In this document: positions 8,167 through 15,749 of the stretch, one piece after another
How positions within the stretch are numbered: position 1 is the first letter of the stretch
How the letters are laid out: every line of letters starts with the position of its first letter
IMG/VR virus record: IMGVR_UViG_3300000154_000005
Direction: 5' to 3' (one strand)
Length of the DNA stretch: 20,000 nt
Origin: an uncultured virus (IMG/VR IMGVR_UViG_3300000154_000005)
Lineage: Duplodnaviria > Heunggongvirae > Uroviricota > Caudoviricetes
Made by a program: the position numbers and the translations under genes
Notes under the pieces: model-generated
The model's database searches: none
Seen by the model: only the letters and a program-made list of their open reading frames with translations
What the model was told of the DNA's origin: nothing

Positions 8167-8319
8167 TTTAATGAAAGGGTTTTAAATTTAATCTTTTCAT
8201 TTGCCGTGGGAGGCTCAACGACGTGTTTGATGTATCTTCGTTTATATTTTCTTCATCTTTGATAAAATATAGCGAAAATGTATTTTTACAGCTAAATAAA
8301 TTAACGAAGGAAAAATATA

Positions 8320-8559
8320 ATGAAACTAACTCATGATACAGAAAATACAGTAATGCATAGCTATTGGAAAACTGATCCAGAATGGAAAAATAGTTTTATA
8401 TTATTTATGAAAGAGCCTACACTTGAAAATGCTATAAATATATATCATTTAAAATCGAAACATTTTGAGAATAACGCATGGACTTCAATCGGCTTCCTCT
8501 CTTGGTTCGAAGACCCATCTCAAGAACTAATCAACTACGTAAAACTAATGGATTCCTAA
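8320..8559 (+). CDS. family A paralog (79 aa)
   Basis: AAGGA RBS; EPTLENAINIY core; tail WFEDPSQELINYVKLMDS. Confidence 0.85.
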   Translation: MKLTHDTENTVMHSYWKTDPEWKNSFILFMKEPTLENAINIYHLKSKHFENNAWTSIGFLSWFEDPSQELINYVKLMDS

Positions 8560-8797
8560 TGCAATTATCAAAAGAAGTACTTTGCGATTTAATAGATGTT
8601 GATGAAGATGTATGGAAACATGATGATTGGAAAGAAGTGTTTTTAATATTCCACAATAATCCAACATTCGAAAATGCCATAAATATATACCAATATAAAA
8701 TTAATAATTTCGATAATGATATATGGGATAAGGGTTCTTTCTTCACCTGGTTCGAAGACCCATCTCAAGAACTAATCAACTACGTAAAACTAATGGA
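8503..8797 (+). repeat. perfect 50-bp direct repeat (8503-8552 and 8748-8797) encoding the tails of two adjacent genes
   Basis: TGGTTCGAAGACCCATCTCAAGAACTAATCAACTACGTAAAACTAATGGA occurs twice. Confidence 0.95.
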
Positions 8798-8804
8798 GTC
8801 TTAA
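8559..8804 (+). CDS. family A paralog (81 aa)
   Basis: Start moved to the TAATG overlap at 8559; NPTFENAINIY core; tail WFEDPSQELINYVKLMES. Confidence 0.85.
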   Translation: MQLSKEVLCDLIDVDEDVWKHDDWKEVFLIFHNNPTFENAINIYQYKINNFDNDIWDKGSFFTWFEDPSQELINYVKLMES

Positions 8805-9043
8805 TGCACTTACGAGAAGACATAATTACTCAATCCTGGCACTCTACCACTCCAGATGAAATTGAATGGCGAGACGGATTCTTTAAGATGGCAGCCGATC
8901 CAACGTTCGAAAACGCTATAAATATATATCATATGTTTAGACAAAGACATTCAGAACAACAAACATGGAGCAACACATTCTATGCTTGGGTTATAAACCC
9001 TACTCAAGAACTAAAGACATATATAAAACTACAGGAGGTATAA
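8804..9043 (+). CDS. family A paralog (79 aa)
   Basis: TAATG overlap; DPTFENAINIY core; tail WVINPTQELKTYIKLQEV. Confidence 0.85.
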   Translation: MHLREDIITQSWHSTTPDEIEWRDGFFKMAADPTFENAINIYHMFRQRHSEQQTWSNTFYAWVINPTQELKTYIKLQEV

Positions 9044-9312
9044 TGCAAATAAATACAACGGTAAAAAAAGCGACTATTGAATGTCCTGTTGATTATATCC
9101 CCGATAGTCAAAATAGACTAACAGCATCTCTACATATTATGTTAAATTCACATGGTTATTATGAATGGTTTAAGAATAAAGAATCATATAAGTATGAAGA
9201 TATATCAATTTCTGATATAAATAAATTAATACAAGTATATCCAGATATATTGAAGTATTGTAAAGATGTCCCAGAAACAGTCATAACATATCATAAGATG
9301 TGGTGGTCTTAA
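9043..9312 (+). CDS. hypothetical protein with family A tail (89 aa)
   Basis: GGAGG RBS and TAATG overlap at 9043; tail YCKDVPETVITYHKMWWS. Confidence 0.8.
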   Translation: MQINTTVKKATIECPVDYIPDSQNRLTASLHIMLNSHGYYEWFKNKESYKYEDISISDINKLIQVYPDILKYCKDVPETVITYHKMWWS

Positions 9313-9524
9313 TGAAATTATCCGAAGAATCTATTAAGATTATAAATAAAAAATGGAGGAAGAAAAGAAATAATAGGGGGTATAAACAAGCTTTATTGAA
9401 TTTTCACAGAAAACCAAGTGAAGAGAATGCATGTATTGTTTGTAAATTTTTTCCTAAATCTATTAATAATATTAAAGATCCAACACCAGCAGTCGAAACT
9501 TATAATAAATTATATTGGAGTTAA
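9312..9524 (+). CDS. family A paralog, basic N-terminus (70 aa)
   Basis: TAATG overlap; KPSEENAC core; tail NIKDPTPAVETYNKLYWS. Confidence 0.85.
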   Translation: MKLSEESIKIINKKWRKKRNNRGYKQALLNFHRKPSEENACIVCKFFPKSINNIKDPTPAVETYNKLYWS

Positions 9525-9736
9525 TAGTGGAATTATCTGATAAATTTGTTCAAATGTTAAAAGAACCACCACATACTTCTTGGGATATTAAATGGAAATT
9601 ATTACTATTAGAATTTGAGAAAACACCAACTGAAGAGAATGCATATAAAATATGTAGAGTAGCAGACCATACTATAGAAGTAATTAAGAATCCAACAACA
9701 GCAGTCGAAAACTATAATAAATTATATTGGAGTTAA
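9478..9736 (+). repeat. 47-bp direct repeat, 44/47 identical (9478-9524 and 9690-9736), at the 3' ends of two genes
   Basis: ATCCAACA(C/A)CAGCAGTCGAAA(CT/AC)TATAATAAATTATATTGGAGTTAA. Confidence 0.9.
9527..9736 (+). CDS. family A paralog (69 aa, GTG start)
   Basis: GGAG RBS inside the previous tail; TPTEENAY core; tail VIKNPTTAVENYNKLYWS. Confidence 0.85.
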   Translation: MELSDKFVQMLKEPPHTSWDIKWKLLLLEFEKTPTEENAYKICRVADHTIEVIKNPTTAVENYNKLYWS

Positions 9737-9738
9737 AA

Positions 9739-9948
9739 ATGAGATTATCCTATGCATATACATTATTATTAGATAATAAGTCTTGGAGATATTGGGATAA
9801 TATTTGGGTAAATATATTAATAAAATTTAGAGATACCCCAATCGAAGAGAATGCATATGCTATTTGCAGACGTTCTCCTTATGCTATAGAAATGATTGGA
9901 GATCCAACAGAAAATGTAATTAGATATAATAAACTGTACTGGGCGTAA
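9739..9948 (+). CDS. family A paralog (69 aa)
   Basis: GGAG RBS; TPIEENAY core; tail MIGDPTENVIRYNKLYWA. Confidence 0.85.
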   Translation: MRLSYAYTLLLDNKSWRYWDNIWVNILIKFRDTPIEENAYAICRRSPYAIEMIGDPTENVIRYNKLYWA

Positions 9949-9978
9949 AAAACGTCCTTTATTTTTTAAAGGATTTGA

Positions 9979-9990
9979 TATAGATATAAT
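9979..9990 (+). promoter_or_regulatory. putative phage promoter TATAGATATAAT
   Basis: Exact motif copy; no long ORF downstream. Confidence 0.7.
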
Positions 9991-9996
9991 ATAATA

Positions 9997-10215
9997 TCAA
10001 GCTACCGCCACTATACTCTATAAGTCGGTGGCCCGCTATAGTTTAAGTATTATACTGGTGTGAGTTTTAACTTTACCCATGTTAACTTACGGCAGCATTG
10101 TCTCTATTATAAAGATAATGCTTAAAATTATGGTAGTATTTCATGGGGGTAGAGTTGTCCATGAAATGAAGTAATAACTCAGGTTTACTCGAGATAGTAA
10201 CCTGAGTTATTACTT
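9997..10215 (+). ncRNA. candidate ~220-nt structured non-coding RNA
   Basis: Promoter motif upstream. Hairpins at 10007-10032, 10037-10054, 10057-10077, 10094-10122 and 10138-10167, a possible closing stem 10001-10006/10132-10137, and a 17-bp terminal stem. Confidence 0.55.
10169..10215. terminator. perfect 17-bp inverted repeat between convergent units (probably bidirectional)
   Basis: AAGTAATAACTCAGGTT ... AACCTGAGTTATTACTT. Confidence 0.75.
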
Positions 10216-10233
10216 GTAAAATAAAAATATATT

Positions 10234-10584
10234 TTATTTCTTTTCTTGGCCCATCTTCTTGACATCTTTATCAAGATCAAGACCATTAACATAAGAAATA
10301 AGTGTAATAGCAGTATCTACGGCAACTCCGACTTTTTCTAGTCTCTTATTGCGAATAGCTAGATTCTTAGTTGGATCACTATTAATTCCACCGACACTTG
10401 ATGTTGTATTTGAAAAAATGCCAGCTAAAATTGTAGACGCAGACTGAACAATTTGATGTTTTAGTAAAGCTTCTTGTTGAGCTTTCATTTGCATCTTCTG
10501 CATAAATAATTGTTTTTGTTCTTCTGTGGGCTCTGTTTGAGTATCAGACTGTGCTTCGTGGGTAGGTGTATTTTCTTCAGACAT
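10234..10584 (-). CDS. hypothetical protein (116 aa), Q/E/T-rich N-terminus, monocistronic
   Basis: AAGGAG RBS; has its own promoter motif and terminator. Confidence 0.85.
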   Translation of the reverse strand: MSEENTPTHEAQSDTQTEPTEEQKQLFMQKMQMKAQQEALLKHQIVQSASTILAGIFSNTTSSVGGINSDPTKNLAIRNKRLEKVGVAVDTAITLISYVNGLDLDKDVKKMGQEKK

Positions 10585-10639
10585 AGGTTAGGCTCCTTAA
10601 AGGTAAAATGAAAAATCTAAAAATATTAGATTCTAATAT

Positions 10640-10693
10640 ATTATATCTATATATTTTTGATTCAAGCTTTCAATTATCTCATATAGATATAAT
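10640..10693. promoter_or_regulatory. back-to-back divergent promoters (10640-10651 minus; 10682-10693 plus)
   Basis: Two exact TATAGATATAAT copies in opposite orientation, 30 nt apart. Confidence 0.75.
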
Positions 10694-10724
10694 AGAATAT
10701 AATTTACTTATTGGAGTACTAATA

Positions 10725-10937
10725 ATGATCGACTGGAGTAACCCTTCTTTACTTAAAACAAAAACTGGATCTTGGATCCACTATATTACAAAGAAAGGAA
10801 GACATCCTTTCAGACATATTGGTTATATTGAAGATAATAATAAGTTACATGCTTGGGATGATGATGGTAATAGTGTTTATAATGTAGAAGATTATTCAAT
10901 TATAGAACCAATATTTGAAGGTATTCAAAATGAGTGA
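10725..10937 (+). CDS. hypothetical protein (70 aa), probable paralog of the next gene
   Basis: Start moved to ATG 10725 (GGAG RBS, downstream of the promoter); IGYI...LHAWDDDG. Confidence 0.75.
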   Translation: MIDWSNPSLLKTKTGSWIHYITKKGRHPFRHIGYIEDNNKLHAWDDDGNSVYNVEDYSIIEPIFEGIQNE

Positions 10938-11346
10938 TACTCCAATTACACAACCAAAGTTAAATGGATTACCATCTGCTTCAAAACGATTATTAAGACT
11001 AAAAGATCCAATGATGACAGCTAATGGAGAATATACAGCAGATATTATATCTACTCAAGGTAAACTTGGGTATCCATTAATAGGATATATAACAGATTCT
11101 ATTGATGATGGTACTGCACTACATCAGTGGTCATTAGATGGAGAACATAAAGAAGGCAATCCTGAATTAAATTTAGTAAATATTACATCTAATTCTTTTC
11201 ATGTTACCTTATATAGAAATAAGAAGACTGGGGAATTTATGACTGGGGAGAAAAAGGTTTCTATTCCAGTTGATGATGTATTTAATTCAACACATCAACT
11301 TGAGAAAGTTAAAACTATAGAGGTAGATATAGATGAAAGTTTCTAG
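10930..11346 (+). CDS. hypothetical protein (~138 aa)
   Basis: Probable start ATG 10930 after AAGGT; IGYI...LHQWSLDG. Confidence 0.8.
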   Translation: MSDTPITQPKLNGLPSASKRLLRLKDPMMTANGEYTADIISTQGKLGYPLIGYITDSIDDGTALHQWSLDGEHKEGNPELNLVNITSNSFHVTLYRNKKTGEFMTGEKKVSIPVDDVFNSTHQLEKVKTIEVDIDESF

Positions 11347-12817
11347 TATTCGATATGGATTTGCTACAAATAGTAGCAGTAGTCACTCAATTGTTTTTAA
11401 GAAAGATACTTTCTCTGATGATATTGGAGATAGTGATGTTGGTCAATATGGTTGGAATGATTTTACATTAGTTTCACCAATAGCAAAACAACATTATATG
11501 TTATCTTTAATTATAGGACAAACAGAAGAGAACTCTCTTGAACGACGAGCATTAAAAGATACTTTTCGTCGTGTTGGTAAAGAATGTGCTAAACAGTATA
11601 TTGAAGGTGATGAAGGTGAAGTAGAAGGTTTTAAGCCCTCTTATGTTGATCATCAGTCTAGTTTTACATTTCCATATTCACATAGGGATAATAAACCAAA
11701 CTCTAATTTTTTAGATGATGTTATTGCATATATTGGGAATAATGATCAAATTGTTATTCTTGGTGGAAATGATAATGGGGATGGTCATTATTTAAGCGCA
11801 GACACATATTCTGAATACTATGATGAAGATAAAGAAGAATATGTTACTGATGAGTATAAAACTCCTAATGCTTTAGATGCTATTCAACAATATGTTCCAT
11901 ATGGGGCTGCTAAATTAAAAGTAATAGCAAGAAAAGATAAAGGATATTGGGCTGTATTTAATCAAAGTAATGGAACTAAGATACGGTTTACATTAAATGG
12001 TTCACACCCTGATTATATCAAATCGACAACTCCTGAACTAGTAGATGTAAAGATTACAGACTATTGTGAAACTGGTTGTAGTTTTTGTTATCAAGGTAGT
12101 TCTACTAAAGGAAAACATGCTACTTTGGATAATATGTCTCATATTATTAAAACACTTGGAGATGCCAATATTTTTGAAGTAGCTATTGGAGGAGGTGAAC
12201 CAACAACACATCCAGACTTTATACAGATTCTTGAACAGTTTCGGAAACAAGACATTATTCCTAATTTCACTACTCGTAATATTGAATATGTTCGTAAGAA
12301 TTCAAAACAATTAGATGAATTAGGAGCTAATTATGCAGTTAGTATCTCTAATTCTGAAGATATATTAAACACTACTAAAGATGCTCCGCAATATTATAAA
12401 TTTAATTTTCAATATGTAATGGGAAGTAGCTCTATTCATGATTTTTATGATATAATTACACATATGCAAGGATTATCAAATGCAAGAATTACTTTACTCG
12501 ACTTTAAACCTGTTGGTAGAGGAGAATCTTTTGATCCTAATTATTATAATAATTGGCTAATTGGTTTAACTCTTAAATTAGCCGGTGATAAAATTAAAGA
12601 TATTGAGATTGGTATCGATACTGGTCTTGCCCGTAAATATGAAAAAGAATTATTGCATATTGGAATTGATGAAAAATTATTTGAGACAAAAGAAGGTTGT
12701 TTTAGTATGTATATTGATGCTGTAAATATGACAATGGCTAAAGATAGTTATAGTCAAGAAGATAATCAAATCTCACCATTTAATGATAAATGGATTTCAA
12801 CATTTCAAACTTATTAG
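11333..12817 (+). CDS. radical SAM protein with an N-terminal RxGFxTNSSS-motif domain (494 aa)
   Basis: CETGCSFC (CxxxCxxC) and AIGGGEPT motifs; N-terminus IRYGFATNSSSSHS. Confidence 0.9.
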   Translation: MKVSSIRYGFATNSSSSHSIVFKKDTFSDDIGDSDVGQYGWNDFTLVSPIAKQHYMLSLIIGQTEENSLERRALKDTFRRVGKECAKQYIEGDEGEVEGFKPSYVDHQSSFTFPYSHRDNKPNSNFLDDVIAYIGNNDQIVILGGNDNGDGHYLSADTYSEYYDEDKEEYVTDEYKTPNALDAIQQYVPYGAAKLKVIARKDKGYWAVFNQSNGTKIRFTLNGSHPDYIKSTTPELVDVKITDYCETGCSFCYQGSSTKGKHATLDNMSHIIKTLGDANIFEVAIGGGEPTTHPDFIQILEQFRKQDIIPNFTTRNIEYVRKNSKQLDELGANYAVSISNSEDILNTTKDAPQYYKFNFQYVMGSSSIHDFYDIITHMQGLSNARITLLDFKPVGRGESFDPNYYNNWLIGLTLKLAGDKIKDIEIGIDTGLARKYEKELLHIGIDEKLFETKEGCFSMYIDAVNMTMAKDSYSQEDNQISPFNDKWISTFQTY

Positions 12818-12828
12818 GGATTATAACT

Positions 12829-13284
12829 GTGAATTTGCTTTCTATTGATAAAGTATTAGATGTAGCAATGAAAAATTCAAAATCAGATTCCCGTCCAATT
12901 GAAAAACAAGATCAAGTTTATATTGCCGCACTCTGTAAAAAGGCTGGAGAGAACCCAGAAAATATTAAACCCGGAGCACCCATCTATATTGGTCGAACTA
13001 ATTCTGATAAGCAAATGAATATTGTCTTATCTCGATTGCGCCATGGTTTAATGATTTTAACTGGAGAAGAAGATATTCATTTTGTTGCTAAACTTCCAGT
13101 TGGAGATAAAGGAATTGGAGTATGTACTATTATACATTATGAATTGAATATGAATATGCATGATGGTAGCTTCTTTCCATATAATAACCCAATAGGCGAA
13201 GTAATACAAAAATTACAAAAACTTGGTCAAGACTGTTCTAAAAAACAATGGCCTGGCCGTAAAAAGGTCTGCAGAAGACCTTAA
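12829..13284 (+). CDS. hypothetical protein (~151 aa; start uncertain)
   Basis: ORF track 12790..13284; GTG at 12829 follows AGGGA and avoids overlap. Confidence 0.75.
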   Translation: MNLLSIDKVLDVAMKNSKSDSRPIEKQDQVYIAALCKKAGENPENIKPGAPIYIGRTNSDKQMNIVLSRLRHGLMILTGEEDIHFVAKLPVGDKGIGVCTIIHYELNMNMHDGSFFPYNNPIGEVIQKLQKLGQDCSKKQWPGRKKVCRRP

Positions 13285-13293
13285 CTTCCCACT

Positions 13294-13333
13294 AACGGCG
13301 CAGTCGGCTTATACTAGCGATTGCGTCTGTTTT
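13294..13333 (+). terminator. stem-loop with U-tail
   Basis: GGCGCAGTCG...CGATTGCGTC followed by TGTTTT; another short hairpin AAGGTCT/AGACCTT at 13264-13282. Confidence 0.6.
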
Positions 13334-13354
13334 AATTTAATAGGAAATTTTTAA

Positions 13355-14113
13355 ATGCCAGATTTTAATTATAGTGATCCATTATTAAAAGAATATATTG
13401 AAGTTATTACTAATGATTTTTCAAAAGATAAAACATCACTATCTTTAAATACTCTTGAACGATTTACTGGACAATCTCTACCGCCCTCAGCCAGAAGACA
13501 TAATCGCTGGTGGACAATAGAAGATCAACGTATGTCTATTACTTTATTCAGTATGGGGTATAAAGTACGAACTCCCAAAGATATATTTCCTAATACTAAT
13601 AAAGATAGAACCAAAGAAGAAACTATTATAAATGTTGACATTATTAAAAGGGGATCACATTACGATACACCTAAACAAAAAAGTAATCGCCCATCAGCAT
13701 GGATTAATGGTTGTACAGTTAAAGGCCGACCTGATGTTTTAGAAAAACCTTCAAGTGGTAAAAATTTTGGTGTTCGGTGGAATATTAATTATAATCCAGG
13801 TGTTGATCTATGTAAATTCTTCTCTATACATTCTTGTGGAACTATTGAAGCAGCAGAACATGAAGCATTGAAGTTTAAGAAATATCTATTCGACTATCTT
13901 GATAAACATGAATGTCTTTTGCCTCGTGATGAACAATTAGCAGATTACAATAACTATATTAATCCAATTATTCACGAACAAGAAGTAGTAACACATGAGC
14001 AAGAAGCTCAATATGCACCAGGGCAAGTATATGATATTATTATTAATGGGATTGATGCTTTAAATAAAGAAGAGAAAGTATCCTTGATTACACATATTGC
14101 GAGAACATTATAA
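13355..14113 (+). CDS. putative DNA-binding protein: DUF7662-like N-domain plus AP2-like domain (252 aa)
   Basis: LSLNTLERFTGQSLPPSARRHNRWW...GYKV; FGVRWN...KFFSIHSCGTIEAAEHEALKFK. Confidence 0.6.
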   Translation: MPDFNYSDPLLKEYIEVITNDFSKDKTSLSLNTLERFTGQSLPPSARRHNRWWTIEDQRMSITLFSMGYKVRTPKDIFPNTNKDRTKEETIINVDIIKRGSHYDTPKQKSNRPSAWINGCTVKGRPDVLEKPSSGKNFGVRWNINYNPGVDLCKFFSIHSCGTIEAAEHEALKFKKYLFDYLDKHECLLPRDEQLADYNNYINPIIHEQEVVTHEQEAQYAPGQVYDIIINGIDALNKEEKVSLITHIARTL

Positions 14114-14145
14114 ATATCAATTGGAGTGATATTATATTAGGTATA

Positions 14146-14406
14146 ATGGTTGCACTAACTATTATAGTTATGATAATATTTATGTATAAAAGTGATACAT
14201 CTGAAGATGTTCTTAGATATAAGCATGAAGAACAAAAATTACAACAAATAGAAAATATTAAAAAAGAAGCACTTAATTCAAACAGACCTATTAACGAAGT
14301 ATCATGTATACTTGGATTATTTAACAAAGAACCACTACTTCTAGAGCGTTATTGTTCTAGAGATACACCACAACCCCAAGGAGACTTATCAGATGACGAA
14401 GGTTAA
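14146..14406 (+). CDS. small protein with an N-terminal membrane anchor
   Basis: MVALTIIVMIIFMY hydrophobic start followed by a charged segment. Confidence 0.7.
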   Translation: MVALTIIVMIIFMYKSDTSEDVLRYKHEEQKLQQIENIKKEALNSNRPINEVSCILGLFNKEPLLLERYCSRDTPQPQGDLSDDEG

Positions 14407-14794
14407 ATCAAAATACAAACCATTACATACTTACCTTTCTGAAAAGACTACACAGCGTGTTAAATTATCAATGGAAGAACTAGAGAATATTCTAGGATTT
14501 ACATTGCCTAAGAGCGCTACTGATCATATGAACGCATTATTCTGGTCTAATGATCCACATCCAGATAAAGATGCTCCTGGAAAATATCATCATTACCATA
14601 CTCTAATGTGGTTGAGCTCTGGTTATATGGTATCCTCTGTAGATTTCTACAGTTCGAAACACTCAGTTACCTTTACTCGTATTGGTTCTAATTTTATTGA
14701 ACTTCTACCATATTTATCAGACACTGAGTTAGCAGAAACTAATTCAGGTATCGCTAAAGTCCTTAGCGATCGTCTATTGATGCGTGTCGCTTGA
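14393..14794 (+). CDS. DUF7662-like protein (133 aa)
   Basis: SKYKPLHTYL...LSMEELENILGFTLPKSA...FWSND...WLSSGYMV...VTFTR; family name recalled, not searched. Confidence 0.7.
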   Translation: MTKVKSKYKPLHTYLSEKTTQRVKLSMEELENILGFTLPKSATDHMNALFWSNDPHPDKDAPGKYHHYHTLMWLSSGYMVSSVDFYSSKHSVTFTRIGSNFIELLPYLSDTELAETNSGIAKVLSDRLLMRVA

Positions 14795-15036
14795 GCGGTT
14801 GTGTAAAGAAGGAAGTATTTGAATGGGTTTGTGATAAAACTCAACATACATTATATCATGAATTAAATACAACAGATGTTGTTTGTTTTGTCTATTATAG
14901 ATATAAAGAAACAGAATTATGGAAAGAAGCTTTTGATTGGGGTATCGATACTATTACTGAAGATAGTATTGAGATTACTCTTGATATGACTTCAACTCCA
15001 AAAAATACACAACTAAAACTAGTCGTTATCGGTTAG
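14791..15036 (+). CDS. hypothetical protein (81 aa, TTG start)
   Basis: TTGA overlap with the previous stop; followed by a terminator. Confidence 0.65.
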   Translation: MSGCVKKEVFEWVCDKTQHTLYHELNTTDVVCFVYYRYKETELWKEAFDWGIDTITEDSIEITLDMTSTPKNTQLKLVVIG

Positions 15037-15042
15037 TTTACC

Positions 15043-15074
15043 GTGGTGAGATCATCAAGGTCTCACCACTTTTT
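15043..15074 (+). terminator. intrinsic terminator
   Basis: GTGGTGAGA...TCTCACCAC-TTTTT. Confidence 0.85.
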
Positions 15075-15085
15075 ATTTCGTCTTA

Positions 15086-15097
15086 TATAGATATAAT
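15086..15097 (+). promoter_or_regulatory. putative phage promoter TATAGATATAAT
   Basis: Exact motif copy between the terminator and the family B array. Confidence 0.75.
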
Positions 15098-15131
15098 ACA
15101 ATATATTCACATTCTATATATAGGGGTTAAT

Positions 15132-15404
15132 ATGGATCGGGATGATATTACAGTAATAACTGAGATAGCAAGGATAACACTAGATATACAATATATTGAT
15201 CCTTTTGGTAATTGTTATTACAGAAAAGATAAGAAATTACATAGAGAAGAAGGCCCTGCTATTATAAGAGGAAATATTAATAAGGATGATCTATTTTACA
15301 TACATGGGAGGAGTCTTAGTAAAGAAGATTGGAGAAATTGGATTAAAAAACATTCAAAGTTGCCGTTAAATATAATTACTAAAGCATTACTGGAAAATAT
15401 ATGA
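15132..15404 (+). CDS. LHREDGPA-motif protein with family B tail
   Basis: LHREEGPAII; ends IITKALLENI. Confidence 0.8.
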   Translation: MDRDDITVITEIARITLDIQYIDPFGNCYYRKDKKLHREEGPAIIRGNINKDDLFYIHGRSLSKEDWRNWIKKHSKLPLNIITKALLENI

Positions 15405-15748
15405 TATCTTCTCAAAAAAGGGTTCACTTAGATACAATAAAGAATAGTATGTATTATATAATAGAAGTAATGACAAATACTAGATTATTTAAGATAAAGA
15501 AAAGTATAAAATATAATGAAGTAAAAATTAAAATATCTCATATAAATAAAGATTCAATATCAGTTGTTTTATTATACAATCTACAACAATTAATAAATAC
15601 TGGAATAACAGATAAAAGAGCAAGAGTAGAAGATATAACCATAAATAAATTGGGGAGGGAAGAAGCCCAATCTCTTCTTGATACTCTTTATGATATTACT
15701 AGTTATGAAAAGAATATATTAACTCGTATAATATTGGAGGATTCTTAG
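15401..15748 (+). CDS. family B 'RLF' paralog (115 aa)
   Basis: NTRLFKI; ends ITSYEKNILTRIILEDS; ATGA overlap. Confidence 0.8.
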   Translation: MISSQKRVHLDTIKNSMYYIIEVMTNTRLFKIKKSIKYNEVKIKISHINKDSISVVLLYNLQQLINTGITDKRARVEDITINKLGREEAQSLLDTLYDITSYEKNILTRIILEDS

Positions 15749-15749
15749 A

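Noticed and set aside
8503..9736. Direct repeats as a CRISPR array
   Set aside because: Each repeat occurs only twice, the spacing is about 210-245 bp, the repeats are in-frame coding sequence and no cas genes are present.
8503..9736. Repeats as DGR template/variable regions
   Set aside because: One pair is identical, the other has mismatches not confined to adenines of one copy, both copies are coding, and no reverse transcriptase is in the window.
9997..10215. tRNA, tmRNA or retron msr-msd
   Set aside because: There is no GTTCRA T-loop or CCA acceptor end and no neighbouring reverse transcriptase; kept as an unclassified RNA candidate.
10608..10724. N-terminal 39 aa of ORF 10608..10937
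   Set aside because: This stretch spans the divergent promoter pair; ATG 10725 has a GGAG RBS and is the better start.
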